Shown: positions 15,914 to 25,017 of the stretch, piece after piece
Layout: the number at the start of each line of letters is the position of its first letter
How positions within the stretch are numbered: position 1 is the stretch's first letter
Assembly: GCF_035285525.1 (NCBI RefSeq)
Contig: NZ_JAYKGW010000134.1
Location: 1-27,242 of the forward strand
Length of the DNA stretch: 27,242 nucleotides
Direction of reading: 5' to 3'
From: Okeania sp.
Lineage (GTDB): Bacteria > Cyanobacteriota > Cyanobacteriia > Cyanobacteriales > Microcoleaceae
Translations under genes and position numbers: made by a program
Notes under the pieces: model-generated
The model's input: the letters and a program-made list of their open reading frames with translations, nothing else
Told to the model about the DNA's origin: nothing
The model's database searches: none

Positions 15914-15986
15914 TGCGCCCTGCTGGAATCGAACCAGCCTTAAAGCGAATTATGAGCTCGCTGCCTCCCCAATCGGCCAAAGGCGC
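15914..15986 (-). tRNA. tRNA with CAU anticodon (elongator Met or lysidine-type Ile2); no encoded CCA; atypical D-arm and variable region
   Basis: The reverse complement GCGCCTTTGGCCGATTGGGGAGGCAGCGAGCTCATAATTCGCTTTAAGGCTGGTTCGATTCCAGCAGGGCGCA (73 nt) folds by hand as follows. Acceptor: GCGCCTT/AGGGCGC. T-arm: GCTGG-TTCGATT-CCAGC. Anticodon arm: GCGAG-CTCATAA-TTCGC. The 3' half resembles E. coli tRNA-Ile2 as I recall it. Confidence 0.75.
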
Positions 15987-16196
15987 TTATGTCTATTTAA
16001 AAGATATCATAACATAACCAAAAAAATAAGGCAAGTTCAATATAACCTTAAATTAATATAAAAACATAAAATATTCTTTGGATGTATGTTATCGCTCTAC
16101 ATAATATTATAATAAGGAAGTTTGGACATTAGCTAGTAAATGGTTTATATTATATCATAACAATATCTAAGAATTATATCTCAAATAGAAAAAACT

Positions 16197-16865
16197 ATGA
16201 ATTCTAGTCTTGTCCTAACTTTAAGTCTACTAGCTATGATGTGTACTGCTGGTTTGAGTAGTGCTTCTTTGGGATTTAAGCTCGGTAGGGAAGCCTTAAA
16301 AGGAATTACTCAACCAGATTCTCGTCCGACTAATAGTTTATTAGGAACTCAAGAAGCTTCAATTCGTCCAGAAGAATTTGTCATATTAGACGAGAAAAAA
16401 ATTATTATTAATGTCAAAAATACTATTCTTAATGGTGGAAAAGTTGAGCAAAAAACAGCCAAAGAAGATGCTAATCAAAAAACAGCTAAGGCTAATTCTA
16501 CTAAAGAAACTGAACCTAAACAAACTTTTCCAATTGTCAGTAATGATGGTGGAGTAGTATTGGAAGTTTATGATGTTCGTAAGTGGGGAAATTCTTTAGT
16601 TTTAGATGTTAATTTAAAAAATGGAGGAAACCGATCTGTAAGATTTTTATACAGTTTTTTGAATATTACAGATGAACAAGGAAGAGTTCTCAGCGCTAGT
16701 ACAGAGGATTTACCAGGAGAACTTCCGCCTAATGGAATCAAATATTATGGTATTATTACTATCCCAATTACTTTATTAGATAATGCTAAGGAACTTTCTC
16801 TAGAACTTACCGATTATCCAGATAAGAAGTTAACTTTGAAAATGCCAAAAATCAGAATAGATTAA
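16197..16865 (+). CDS. Hypothetical secreted or membrane-anchored protein
   Basis: 222-aa ORF. The N-terminus is hydrophobic and signal-like (MNSSLVLTLSLLAMMCTAGLSSASLG). A K/E/T-rich linker is followed by a beta-rich C-terminal domain. No family was recognised. Confidence 0.6.
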   Translation: MNSSLVLTLSLLAMMCTAGLSSASLGFKLGREALKGITQPDSRPTNSLLGTQEASIRPEEFVILDEKKIIINVKNTILNGGKVEQKTAKEDANQKTAKANSTKETEPKQTFPIVSNDGGVVLEVYDVRKWGNSLVLDVNLKNGGNRSVRFLYSFLNITDEQGRVLSASTEDLPGELPPNGIKYYGIITIPITLLDNAKELSLELTDYPDKKLTLKMPKIRID

Positions 16866-17162
16866 GTTAATTTTTCACTCTAAATTAAGAAACATAAAAC
16901 GTAACTATCTCCTGTGGAATGCTTCGCAAACAGCAAGCCCTATCTAAGAGTTGAAAATGGCTTTAAATAAATATAATCTTTAAAGTTGGCTTTGATACTA
17001 ATATCCAATTTACCTTAACTAATAAAGCTTTTATCTCAAACTAAAATAAATAGCTGACCGCTGTTTGCTGACGATGCAGAATGCTTACCATAAAACATAA
17101 TTTTTAGCTCAAAAATTGTCAACTTTAAATATAAAAATATTCATAGGTCTGAGGCAAAATTA

Positions 17163-18635
17163 ATGGCAGTAAGTTGGCTAAATATGCCAGACTTAGAAAT
17201 TCTCATCTGGACAGACATGACCTGGACAGATATACTGTACCGCATCTTGTCTGTTTTTCTATTAATTGCCATAAATGCCTTCTTTGTTGTGGCAGAATTT
17301 TCTATTTTTTCGATCCGGAGGTCACGGATTAATCAGTTAGTGGATGAAGGTGATACTCAAGCAAAAACTGTTCAGCAACTGCAAAGAAATATTGACCGAT
17401 TACTTTCTACTACTCAGTTAGGTATTACTTTGTCTAGTTTGGCCTTGGGTTGGATTGGTGAAGGGACTATGGCAGTGGTTATGAAAAAAGCTATAGTCTC
17501 TATACCACTACCTGGTTATATTAGTCAAGCGATCGCCCATTCCCTAGCTATTCCTATTGTTACTTTTTTTATTTTGGCTTATCTACAGATTGTTTTGGGA
17601 GAATTATGTCCCAAGTCTGTAGCGTTACTTTATTCAGAACAGTTATCTAAGTTATTAGGTCCTTTGAGTCTAGCTATTTCTCGATTCTTTAATCCATTTA
17701 TTTGGATATTAAATCAATCTACTCATTGGTTATTACGATTAGTAGGGATTAGATATTCTGGTAGTGTCTGGAAAGCACCAGTTACTCCAGAGGAATTACA
17801 GTTAATTATCTCAACTTCTACTGAATCAATGGGTTTAGAAGCAGGAGAACGACAAATACTTAGTAATGTCTTTGAGTTTGGAGAGGTATTAGCTGGAGAA
17901 ATTATGGTTCCACGGGTAAGTATAGATTTTATCTCAAGTACAGCTACTTTTCAAGATTTGTTAAATGAAATTCAAGTATCTGGTCATTCCCGTTATCCTG
18001 TAGTTGGTGAATCTATAGATGATATTCAGGGTATTATTGATTTTAGAGAATTAGCCCAACCTTTAGCTCAAGGATTGTTATCTCCACAAACTTCCATTTT
18101 ATCTTGGATTCGTCCTTCCAGATTTGTTTCTGAACAAACATATTTGAATGAGTTATTATCTATAATGCAAAGAATGCATCAAATTCCCAATAATTCTCAG
18201 CATTCAGAAATGGTAATAGTGGTAGATGAGTTTGGTGGAACTGCTGGATTAATTACACGGGAAGATTTGATTGCGGAAATTATTAGTGGTGATGGTTATG
18301 AAATAACTAATACTGAGGAACTTACTTTACAAATGTTGGACGATCAGACTTTTATTGTCCAAGCACAATTAAGTGTGGAAGAAGTTAATCAACTTTTAAA
18401 TTTAGATTTACCAGAGAATGAAGATTATCAGACTTTGGGAGGATTTTTGATTTATCAATTACAAAAAATTCCTACTGGAGGAGAAAATTTGCGTTACCAA
18501 AATTATGAATTTACTGTTGTTTCTGCTGAAGGTCCCCGTTTAGACAAAATTAAAATTCATCAATTAGAAGAGTTAGGAACTGAGGAATTTATTAATTTAA
18601 TTTTAGATGATGAAACAGGGGAAAAAATCAATTGA
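17163..18635 (+). CDS. Hemolysin-family / CNNM (DUF21)-CBS pair-CorC_HlyC transporter-associated protein
   Basis: 490-aa ORF. The N-terminal TM region has the DUF21 pattern (LLIAINAFFVVAEFSIFSIRRSRINQLVDEGD). A CBS pair region follows (IMVPRVSIDF...HSRYPVV...). The CorC/HlyC C-terminal domain reads (..FIVQAQLSVEEVNQLLNLDLPENEDYQTLGGFLIYQLQKIP..). The start codon choice is uncertain. Confidence 0.85.
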   Translation: MAVSWLNMPDLEILIWTDMTWTDILYRILSVFLLIAINAFFVVAEFSIFSIRRSRINQLVDEGDTQAKTVQQLQRNIDRLLSTTQLGITLSSLALGWIGEGTMAVVMKKAIVSIPLPGYISQAIAHSLAIPIVTFFILAYLQIVLGELCPKSVALLYSEQLSKLLGPLSLAISRFFNPFIWILNQSTHWLLRLVGIRYSGSVWKAPVTPEELQLIISTSTESMGLEAGERQILSNVFEFGEVLAGEIMVPRVSIDFISSTATFQDLLNEIQVSGHSRYPVVGESIDDIQGIIDFRELAQPLAQGLLSPQTSILSWIRPSRFVSEQTYLNELLSIMQRMHQIPNNSQHSEMVIVVDEFGGTAGLITREDLIAEIISGDGYEITNTEELTLQMLDDQTFIVQAQLSVEEVNQLLNLDLPENEDYQTLGGFLIYQLQKIPTGGENLRYQNYEFTVVSAEGPRLDKIKIHQLEELGTEEFINLILDDETGEKIN

Positions 18636-18735
18636 ATTTTACTTAAGGAAGATCAAGAAGGAAGAAGGCAAAAGTAAGAAGAAAAAGGCAAACATTTTCA
18701 CCTCATAAAGTTAGCTTTGATAGTAAGAATTAATT

Positions 18736-18834
18736 TATAGCAATCCTAAATAGGTTGTAAGATTTCATGTTTCCACTTGTGTTAGGAAACCAAATTCTTA
18801 CAGTTTTTTTTCACAAATCATTTTATGTTACTAT
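18736..18834 (+). mobile_element. MITE-like element, family copy 2 (degenerate right end)
   Basis: TATAGCAATCCTAAATAGGTTGTAAGATTTCATG...TTCTTACAGTTTTTTTTTCACAAATCATTTTATGTTACTATC aligns with copy 1 at 14483-14602 outside the central hairpin. Confidence 0.5.
18757..18811 (+). terminator. Imperfect hairpin plus T8; candidate terminator downstream of the CNNM/CBS gene
   Basis: GTAAGATTTCATGTTTCC...GGAAACCAAATTCTTAC (outer 6 bp and inner 6 bp paired, with an internal loop), followed by TTTTTTTT at 18804-18811. Confidence 0.45.
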
Positions 18835-19034
18835 CAAGATTTTAGCATTTTTATAACTGAAAAAAAGTGCGCCTATTTGAATTTATTTATCCTGAAAAAG
18901 TGATAATTTTGGGGGGACTATGGCATAAAAATAAAGTAATAATTATTCCTCCTAATTTATCTATCTTCCCCTCTACCGGAGGGGTTAGGGGTGAGTCTCA
19001 AACTCTGCTTTTTTTCAGCTTTTTTCAGCAAACC

Positions 19035-20063
19035 TTAATTAACTACTCCTCTTGCTGTTTCTAACCAACTATCATATTTTTCTTGATTATTTTCTACCCA
19101 CTCTTGAGCATGACGTAAAATATCTTCTACTTTATCCTCACCATCTTTAATACGTAAACTTTCAGCATTCATATCTTCTATAGTAATTTCTACTAACTCA
19201 AACCACTTTTTGGCAACTGGGTTAATTTCTAAGAATTTTTTATTAGCAACTATACGCTGTTGAAGTATAGGAAATCCCAAATTTTTGCCGTCTACTAATG
19301 TATCTTTTTCAGTCAAATTTCCCATATCTTTTGGCAAAGATGTAAAAGGAACTTCTAAGGAAACTACATCTTTCTCTGGCTTTAAAACTGTAGATATCCA
19401 GTGGGGATTATAAGCATAATAAAGAATAGGTTTTCCTTCATTATAGCGAGTAATTGCATCTGCTAATAAAATTTCATATTGTCCTTGATCCTGTTCTACT
19501 GTATCTTCTAGTTCATAAGCTTTGAGATGATGATTTATTACTAATTCACAAGACCAACCAGGATTACAACCAACTAAGTTTGCTTTACCATCTTTATCGG
19601 AGTCAAAAAGTTGGGCTATTTCTGGATTTTTTAATTGTTCAATATTAGTAATGTTATATTTATCGGCTGTTTTTTTATCAATTTCATATTTTTGTATTCC
19701 ATCAGGAGTTAATATTCCAACTTTCTCTAATTTTTCTTCACCACCAGAATTTTCAAAGTATTCTTTGTGTTGCGGGTCATAATAAACGGTACTATATTCT
19801 AAGTCTCCATTAGCAAGAGAAATATAAATTGGAGGATATTCAATTTGTTTGGGTTCTTCAACTTTATAGCCTAATTTTTCTAGACCTATATTGACAATAT
19901 AAGTTTGAAATAATTCTTGTATCCAGGTACTATTAGCAGTACGAATAGTAACTGTTTCTGATTGATCGGGAACCGTATTATCAACTTGTTGGCAAGAAGT
20001 GAAAATTATTAATATAGAAGTTAGGATTGCTCCTAAAATTATTTTGACGGTTTTATTGTTCAT
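19035..20063 (-). CDS. proX: Glycine betaine/proline betaine ABC transporter substrate-binding lipoprotein (ProX/OpuAC family), paralogue A
   Basis: The ORF in the track is 19035-20102. The start is placed at the internal Met (MNNKTVKIILGAILTSILIIFTSCQQ) by alignment with paralogue B. The signal peptide has a Cys lipobox-like site. CNPGWSCE and ..ITRYNEGKPILYYAYNPHWIS..VPFTSLP..GFP..IVANKKFLEINPVAKKWFE..DMNAESL.. match the E. coli ProX sequence as I recall it. Confidence 0.85.
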   Translation of the reverse strand: MNNKTVKIILGAILTSILIIFTSCQQVDNTVPDQSETVTIRTANSTWIQELFQTYIVNIGLEKLGYKVEEPKQIEYPPIYISLANGDLEYSTVYYDPQHKEYFENSGGEEKLEKVGILTPDGIQKYEIDKKTADKYNITNIEQLKNPEIAQLFDSDKDGKANLVGCNPGWSCELVINHHLKAYELEDTVEQDQGQYEILLADAITRYNEGKPILYYAYNPHWISTVLKPEKDVVSLEVPFTSLPKDMGNLTEKDTLVDGKNLGFPILQQRIVANKKFLEINPVAKKWFELVEITIEDMNAESLRIKDGEDKVEDILRHAQEWVENNQEKYDSWLETARGVVN

Positions 20064-20572
20064 TATTTTTATTTTTAGATTAATAAATTTTTCGGATAAC
20101 AATTTTGTTCATAATTTGGTTTTTTTTTGCTGGTAATAAACAGATAAATTTATATCAGTTATTAGCTCTCTTTTTTGCTACAAAATATAGAATTTTAATG
20201 AGAACTTGCTGATTAAAGATAAAAGTCAAGATAAGATAGTTAAGGTTAGTGAGATTTTTATATTCAATTTGTCTCCTAGTTACTGGCTCTTATTTGCTTC
20301 AAAATACTGAATTTTCTGCTCAAATTAAAGAATATTTATTCACAGAAAATAACGTAAATTTTGCCTGTTTTTCCTATCTCGGCATCCCCCCCCATCTCGG
20401 CGTCCTACCGACAGCAACCAATTTTTTCAGCAAACCCTAATTACCAAAGAATTAATAATTAAATAATTAAATAACTCAGGTTTAAAGTCTTCCCTTTCAA
20501 GGGGAAAAAAATAAATTTTTTCTTTTTATTCAATCCTCTTCCTTTTAGGGAGAGGTAATTATCAATTATCCA

Positions 20573-21586
20573 TTATTGAACTGCTTGTCTAGCTATTTCT
20601 AACCAACTATCATATTTTTGTTGATTATTTTTTACCCACTCTTGAGCATGACCTAAAATATCTTCTGGTTTATCTTCACCCTCTTTAATGCGTAAACTTT
20701 CAGCATTCATATCTGCAACAGAAATTTCTACTAATTCAAACCACTTTTTCGCAACTGGATTAGCTTCTAGAAATTTTTTATTAGCTACAATACCCTGTTT
20801 ACTTCTAGGAAAACCCAGATTTTTTCCATCTAATAATGTATCTTTTTCCGTCAAATTTCCCATTTCTTTTGGTAAAGATGTAAAAGGAACTTCTAACCAA
20901 ATAACATCTTTCTCTGGCTGTAAAACTGCAGATATCCAGTGGGGATTATAAGCATAATAAATAATAGATTCACCTTTATTATAACGAGTAATCGCATCTG
21001 CTAAAAGCACTGTATATTGACCTCGATTTTGTTCGACAGTATTTTGTAATTTATAAGCTTCGATTTGATGATCTATCGCCAGTTCACAACCCCAACCAGG
21101 ATTACAACCAACTAAATTTGCTTTACCATCTTTATCAGAGTCAAAAAGTTGAGCTATTTCTGGATTTTTAAATTGTTCAATATTAGTAATTTTATATTTA
21201 TCGGCTGTTTTTTTATCAATTTGATATCCTTGCATTCCTGGAGGTACTAAAGTTCCAACTCCCTCTAATTTTTCTTCACCACCAGCATTTTCAAAGAATT
21301 TATTGTGCCCTGGTTGATAATAAATAACACTATAGTCTAAGTCTCCATTTGCTACAGAAATATAAAGTGCTGGATAATCAATTTCTTTTGGTTTTTCTAT
21401 CTGATAACCAAGTTTTTCTAGACCTATATTAACAATATAAGTTTGAAATGATTCTTCTATCCAGTTACTATGAGCTGTCCGAAGAGTTAAAGTTTGGGAA
21501 TTTTGAACTGGTTGACAGGAGGCAAAAATTATTAAAAAGCTGGTTAAGATTGTTCCTAGAATTATTTTTAGAGATTTTTGTTTCAT
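20573..21586 (-). CDS. proX: Glycine betaine/proline betaine ABC transporter substrate-binding lipoprotein (ProX/OpuAC family), paralogue B
   Basis: 337-aa ORF, roughly 75-80% identical to paralogue A by eye. Features: MKQKSLKIILGTILTSFLIIFASCQP signal/lipobox and a CNPGWGCE motif. Confidence 0.9.
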   Translation of the reverse strand: MKQKSLKIILGTILTSFLIIFASCQPVQNSQTLTLRTAHSNWIEESFQTYIVNIGLEKLGYQIEKPKEIDYPALYISVANGDLDYSVIYYQPGHNKFFENAGGEEKLEGVGTLVPPGMQGYQIDKKTADKYKITNIEQFKNPEIAQLFDSDKDGKANLVGCNPGWGCELAIDHQIEAYKLQNTVEQNRGQYTVLLADAITRYNKGESIIYYAYNPHWISAVLQPEKDVIWLEVPFTSLPKEMGNLTEKDTLLDGKNLGFPRSKQGIVANKKFLEANPVAKKWFELVEISVADMNAESLRIKEGEDKPEDILGHAQEWVKNNQQKYDSWLEIARQAVQ

Positions 21587-21796
21587 TTTAGTTTGATTAA
21601 CAAATTTTACTACTTATTAAATCATAAGCATTTAGGTATTAGCGGTCATCTCATGCTTTGAAATGCTATAGCAAACAGCTTTTTAATAAAAGAAGTAAAG
21701 ATTTGTCTGATTTTTACTACATTCAATTTTTAATTTAGTAACAGTAAAAATTACAGGTCAATGGCCATTCGCCCATACTGCCAACTTCATCTATAA

Positions 21797-21826
21797 TATT
21801 TCCTTCATATATATTTCCTTCATATA
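21797..21826 (+). repeat. Perfect 15-bp tandem duplication in the proX-B/rplI divergent intergenic region
   Basis: TATTTCCTTCATATA occurs at 21797-21811 and again at 21812-21826. Confidence 0.9.
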
Positions 21827-21924
21827 TACTATACCTTAAATTAATCTTTAGTTAGTTATTATTTTATGTATTGGGGAAATTCTGATATAATAAAAGTTTG
21901 GAGTAAAATTTTACAAATACAGTC

Positions 21925-22383
21925 ATGGGCAAAAAATTACAAGTAGTCTTGAATCAAGATGTCAACAAATTAGGAAAATCAGGGGATGTTGTAGACGTAG
22001 CTCCTGGTTATGCGCGTAACTATTTGATTCCTAGGAAAATTGCTTTTCGCACTACTCCAGGTGTTCTGAAGCAAGTAGAACGTCGTAAGGAAGAAGAGCG
22101 ACAAAGACAAATAGAAATTAAGCAAACAGCGACAGCTCAAAAGACTGCTTTGGAAACAGTTGGTCGTTTTAAAATTGCTAAACAAGTAGGTGAAAATGAT
22201 GCAATTTTTGGTACGGTTACTGATAGAGAATTGGTGGAATTAATTAAGGAAAGTACAGGTCAAGAAATAGATAGACGTGGTGTTACTTTACCAGAAATTA
22301 GTAAGGTTGGTTTCTACAAAGCTGAAATTAAACTTCATCCAGAGGTAACTGCTGAAGTGGAGATTCAAGTGGTAGGTAGTTAA
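21925..22383 (+). CDS. rplI: 50S ribosomal protein L9
   Basis: 152-aa ORF. The N-terminus [40 protein letters not shown] is the canonical L9 signature. Confidence 0.95.
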   Translation: MGKKLQVVLNQDVNKLGKSGDVVDVAPGYARNYLIPRKIAFRTTPGVLKQVERRKEEERQRQIEIKQTATAQKTALETVGRFKIAKQVGENDAIFGTVTDRELVELIKESTGQEIDRRGVTLPEISKVGFYKAEIKLHPEVTAEVEIQVVGS

Positions 22384-22390
22384 CAGCTTT

Positions 22391-22425
22391 TCAGTTATCA
22401 GTTATCAGTTATCAGTTATCAGTTA
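22391..22425 (+). repeat. STRR-type heptamer tract (CAGTTAT, about 5 copies) immediately after the rplI stop
   Basis: TCAGTTATCAGTTATCAGTTATCAGTTATCAGTTA, read directly from the sequence. Confidence 0.9.
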
Positions 22426-22467
22426 GCCTCCTGGTTCGGAACTGCGCTAACAGCTTTTACGGTTCCC

Positions 22468-22743
22468 AAAAAATCAGTTATAAGTTATTAGTTGAACTGG
22501 AAATATGAATGACTGATATCTGATAGAATAGATATTAAAAATATTTACTTTTGACTGAAAATTTTGACTTTTATTACTCAACTTATAATCATCTATCATC
22601 TATACAGATGGCGTGAAAAATCAGTTATTAGTTATTAGTTGAACTCAAAATATAGATAACTGATATCTGATAGAATAGATATTCAAAATATTCGCTTTTT
22701 ACTAGAAACTATCACTTTTATTACTTAATTATTAATAATCTAT
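22468..22743 (+). repeat. Two ~128-bp direct repeats spaced 148 bp start to start (about 80% identity)
   Basis: Copy 1 is 22468-22596 and copy 2 is 22616-22743. Both begin AAAAATCAGTTAT(A/T)AGTTATTAGTTGAACT, share ACTGATATCTGATAGAATAGATATT exactly, and end ..ACTTTTATTACT..AATC(A)TCTAT. Confidence 0.85.
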
Positions 22744-22863
22744 ACTGCTTGTCATATCTTAGGAAATATCTAGTGTTTAAAGCAAAAAAAATGCGCAAGC
22801 AAGTTTTATCCATATATAACTTACGCAAAGATACTAAAAAATACGAACTATAGCTTTTCTACA

Positions 22864-24708
22864 TCAGTCTCGTTCCCTCACCTCATAAGTTAGTTCACCG
22901 TAAAAAATTTCATTATCTATGTCAGGACCAGTAAGTTTTTTAACATCTAAACTACCGTCTTCATTGTACAATGCTAACTCATCTTTTTGAGTAATATCCC
23001 AAGTACCAGAAAGATTAAAATCTAGATTTCCTGTTACCTCTGAGTACGAAGAATAAAGACGATTAAATGAACTATCACCATATAAGAAAATTCCATCAAT
23101 TATTTCCAGATCTGATAATTCTTCCCAAGGATCGATCACTCCATTTAAATTATAATCAAACTCTAAAAAATCGCTATTGTAATAGTAAGATAACCAGCGA
23201 TCGCTCAAGTATGATTCCCAGTCAGTAGGTTCAGGAAAATCTAGACTTTCAACTAACTTATTTGCTATATCTTTATCGTCTTTTAATTTATTAGCAGGTC
23301 CCCCCACTAACACTATACCAGTTTCATTATTAAAACCTACAGTATTAACCACATAAAACTTTTCTTGAGGTTGTGAATTTTTGGTAATATAAGTGTTAGT
23401 AATTTGATTACCTTTTACATTTGCTTTTCCTTGTGGTTCAAAAGTAACTCCACCAATTTCAGTTTCCTGACTCCAGATATTAGCTAATTCCTGAATAGAA
23501 CCTGTCAAGTAATTATTACTGACTTCTACATAGATACCTGGATACTCTTTAGAAGTTAAATTCAATTTATTATTATCATATTCTGAAGGTATTTGACCAA
23601 ACCATCCTTCAGGTATTTCTAAAGAAACTCTATTTTCAAATCCGATTTGTGTACCTGATTCATAAATTATTCCTTCCTGCGGAAAAATTTTATTAACCTT
23701 CTCTGAACTGAAACTAAGTTCATAATTTGTTTTAGCTTTGCCAGGAGCAGATACTTCTAAATAATAAGTTCCTGGTTCTAAAATTTCTGTAATTGTTTCT
23801 GACTTTTTACCTTTATTTGTAGACTTATCCAAAACTGTTTCGCCGTCTTCATCAATTAATTTTATATGAGAATCTTGCTTCAGTTTATCCAGAGAAATAT
23901 CTACTTTCCGTTCTTCCTGAATCTCAAAACTATAGACATCTATTTCATCTCTTTTTCCATTTTCTCTGTACCCAATTTTATCCTTAAATTTCACTGTTTT
24001 ATTAGATAGTTTGCCTAAATTATTAGCTCCTTCTATACTTCTATCATCAGAAATTGTTTCTAAAGTTAAACGATAAGGAGTTTTTGCCGTTCCCACAGCA
24101 GATACCCGGAAATAATAATCTCCTGCTTCTAAATATTCAGTAATATTTTCTGATTGTTTACCTTTTTGATTCGACTTTTCTAATACTTTTTTGCCAGTTT
24201 CATCAAATAAATTAAGGTTGGCATTTTTCTTCAGTTTATCTAGTTGAATACTTACTTCGGCATTTTCAGATAAACTGAAATTATAGTAGTCATGTTTGTC
24301 AGGATTACCATTTTCTTTGTAGCCTATTCTGTCATTTATTCTGATTTTTTCACCAGAAATTATATCTATTTCTGTGGCAGTCTTAAAAGTATCATCTGAC
24401 TTTTTACCAGCTCTTAACTGGATGTCAATATCAGAGCGATCGCCTGTAATTGAATCAATTTCTAGATTTTTAAAAGTTGCATAATCTGTAGAGATATACT
24501 GTAATTCATTTACTTCTAAATCCTGAGAATCAAGCAAATATTCAACAGAGTTTATATAATCATCTGAAGCTAAACTTTGTAGAGAAATATCTGGAGAAGG
24601 AGCGGAATAATTAGTCTCATAGTTTGAGGGTGAAAATAAACTATTTGTATCTTCAGCTTCTGTTTCTATAGTGCTGAATAATGAGCTTGATGATGAGTCG
24701 ATATCCAT
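22864..24708 (-). CDS. Hypothetical protein with two pre-peptidase C-terminal (PPC)-like domains and an unrecognised C-terminal half; no N-terminal signal peptide
   Basis: 614-aa ORF. Two repeats of the PPC pattern are present: D.HDYYNFSL...V.I.LD.L..N.NL.LFDE.GK.VL..S...G..SE.I...LEAGDYYFRVSA....T.Y.L.LE, and a second copy DVYSFEI...GTYYLEVSA. The N-terminus is acidic and Ser-rich (MDIDSSSSSLFSTIETEAED). Confidence 0.7.
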   Translation of the reverse strand: MDIDSSSSSLFSTIETEAEDTNSLFSPSNYETNYSAPSPDISLQSLASDDYINSVEYLLDSQDLEVNELQYISTDYATFKNLEIDSITGDRSDIDIQLRAGKKSDDTFKTATEIDIISGEKIRINDRIGYKENGNPDKHDYYNFSLSENAEVSIQLDKLKKNANLNLFDETGKKVLEKSNQKGKQSENITEYLEAGDYYFRVSAVGTAKTPYRLTLETISDDRSIEGANNLGKLSNKTVKFKDKIGYRENGKRDEIDVYSFEIQEERKVDISLDKLKQDSHIKLIDEDGETVLDKSTNKGKKSETITEILEPGTYYLEVSAPGKAKTNYELSFSSEKVNKIFPQEGIIYESGTQIGFENRVSLEIPEGWFGQIPSEYDNNKLNLTSKEYPGIYVEVSNNYLTGSIQELANIWSQETEIGGVTFEPQGKANVKGNQITNTYITKNSQPQEKFYVVNTVGFNNETGIVLVGGPANKLKDDKDIANKLVESLDFPEPTDWESYLSDRWLSYYYNSDFLEFDYNLNGVIDPWEELSDLEIIDGIFLYGDSSFNRLYSSYSEVTGNLDFNLSGTWDITQKDELALYNEDGSLDVKKLTGPDIDNEIFYGELTYEVRERD

Positions 24709-25017
24709 TGTTTATGCCTCCTGGAATAAAAAAACTAAATTTCAATTAAGTTGGAATTTGTTTGACTGGAGATACACCCACAATGAATACTATAACACAA
24801 TTATTTTTTATCAGTTTAATACAGAGCTATTTATTGATGTTTTAATGGATTAATAGTAGTGTATAACCCCTATTTTAAATTTTCATTAGAGACTAAAAAA
24901 ATATAAGATAAAGTATAAATTTTCATGTAAAAATGATGTTAATTCATTGATTAATTTGCACTTCTTATATTCTCCTAGTCGATAGAATACAGAACTTTTT
25001 TTGATAAATAAGTGGTA

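Noticed and set aside
15914-15986. tRNA as attachment site of a genomic island carrying the kinase/che block
   Set aside because: No integrase gene is present, I could find no direct repeat of the tRNA 3' end elsewhere in the window, and HIP1 and STRR content looks the same on both sides. This cannot be excluded without the full genome, but the window gives it no support.
15829-16017. 62-aa + strand ORF
   Set aside because: It overlaps the tRNA gene (15914-15986) and the 15863-15890 hairpin in antisense, so it is an artefact of ORF calling.
18867-19064. 65-aa ORF, and the 63-aa ORF at 20249-20440, in the ProX-flanking spacers
   Set aside because: Both lie in repeat-rich intergenic DNA. The first starts with GTG and overlaps the 3' end of proX-A on the other strand. 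Their shared C-terminal similarity comes from the duplicated TTTTTTCAGCAAACC flank, and neither matches a protein family.
20480-20560. Hairpins downstream of proX-B (CTTCCC-TTTCAA-GGGGAA at ~20490; CCTCTTCC-TTTTA-GGGAGAGG at ~20535) as intrinsic terminators
   Set aside because: In the direction of proX transcription (minus strand), neither stem is followed by a U-run. For the first hairpin the T-run precedes the stem, so they do not meet the intrinsic-terminator pattern.
20688-20951. 87-aa ORF antisense to proX-B, and the 68-aa ORF 21979-22185 antisense to rplI
   Set aside because: They are embedded opposite well-supported conserved CDSs, which is typical of shadow ORFs.
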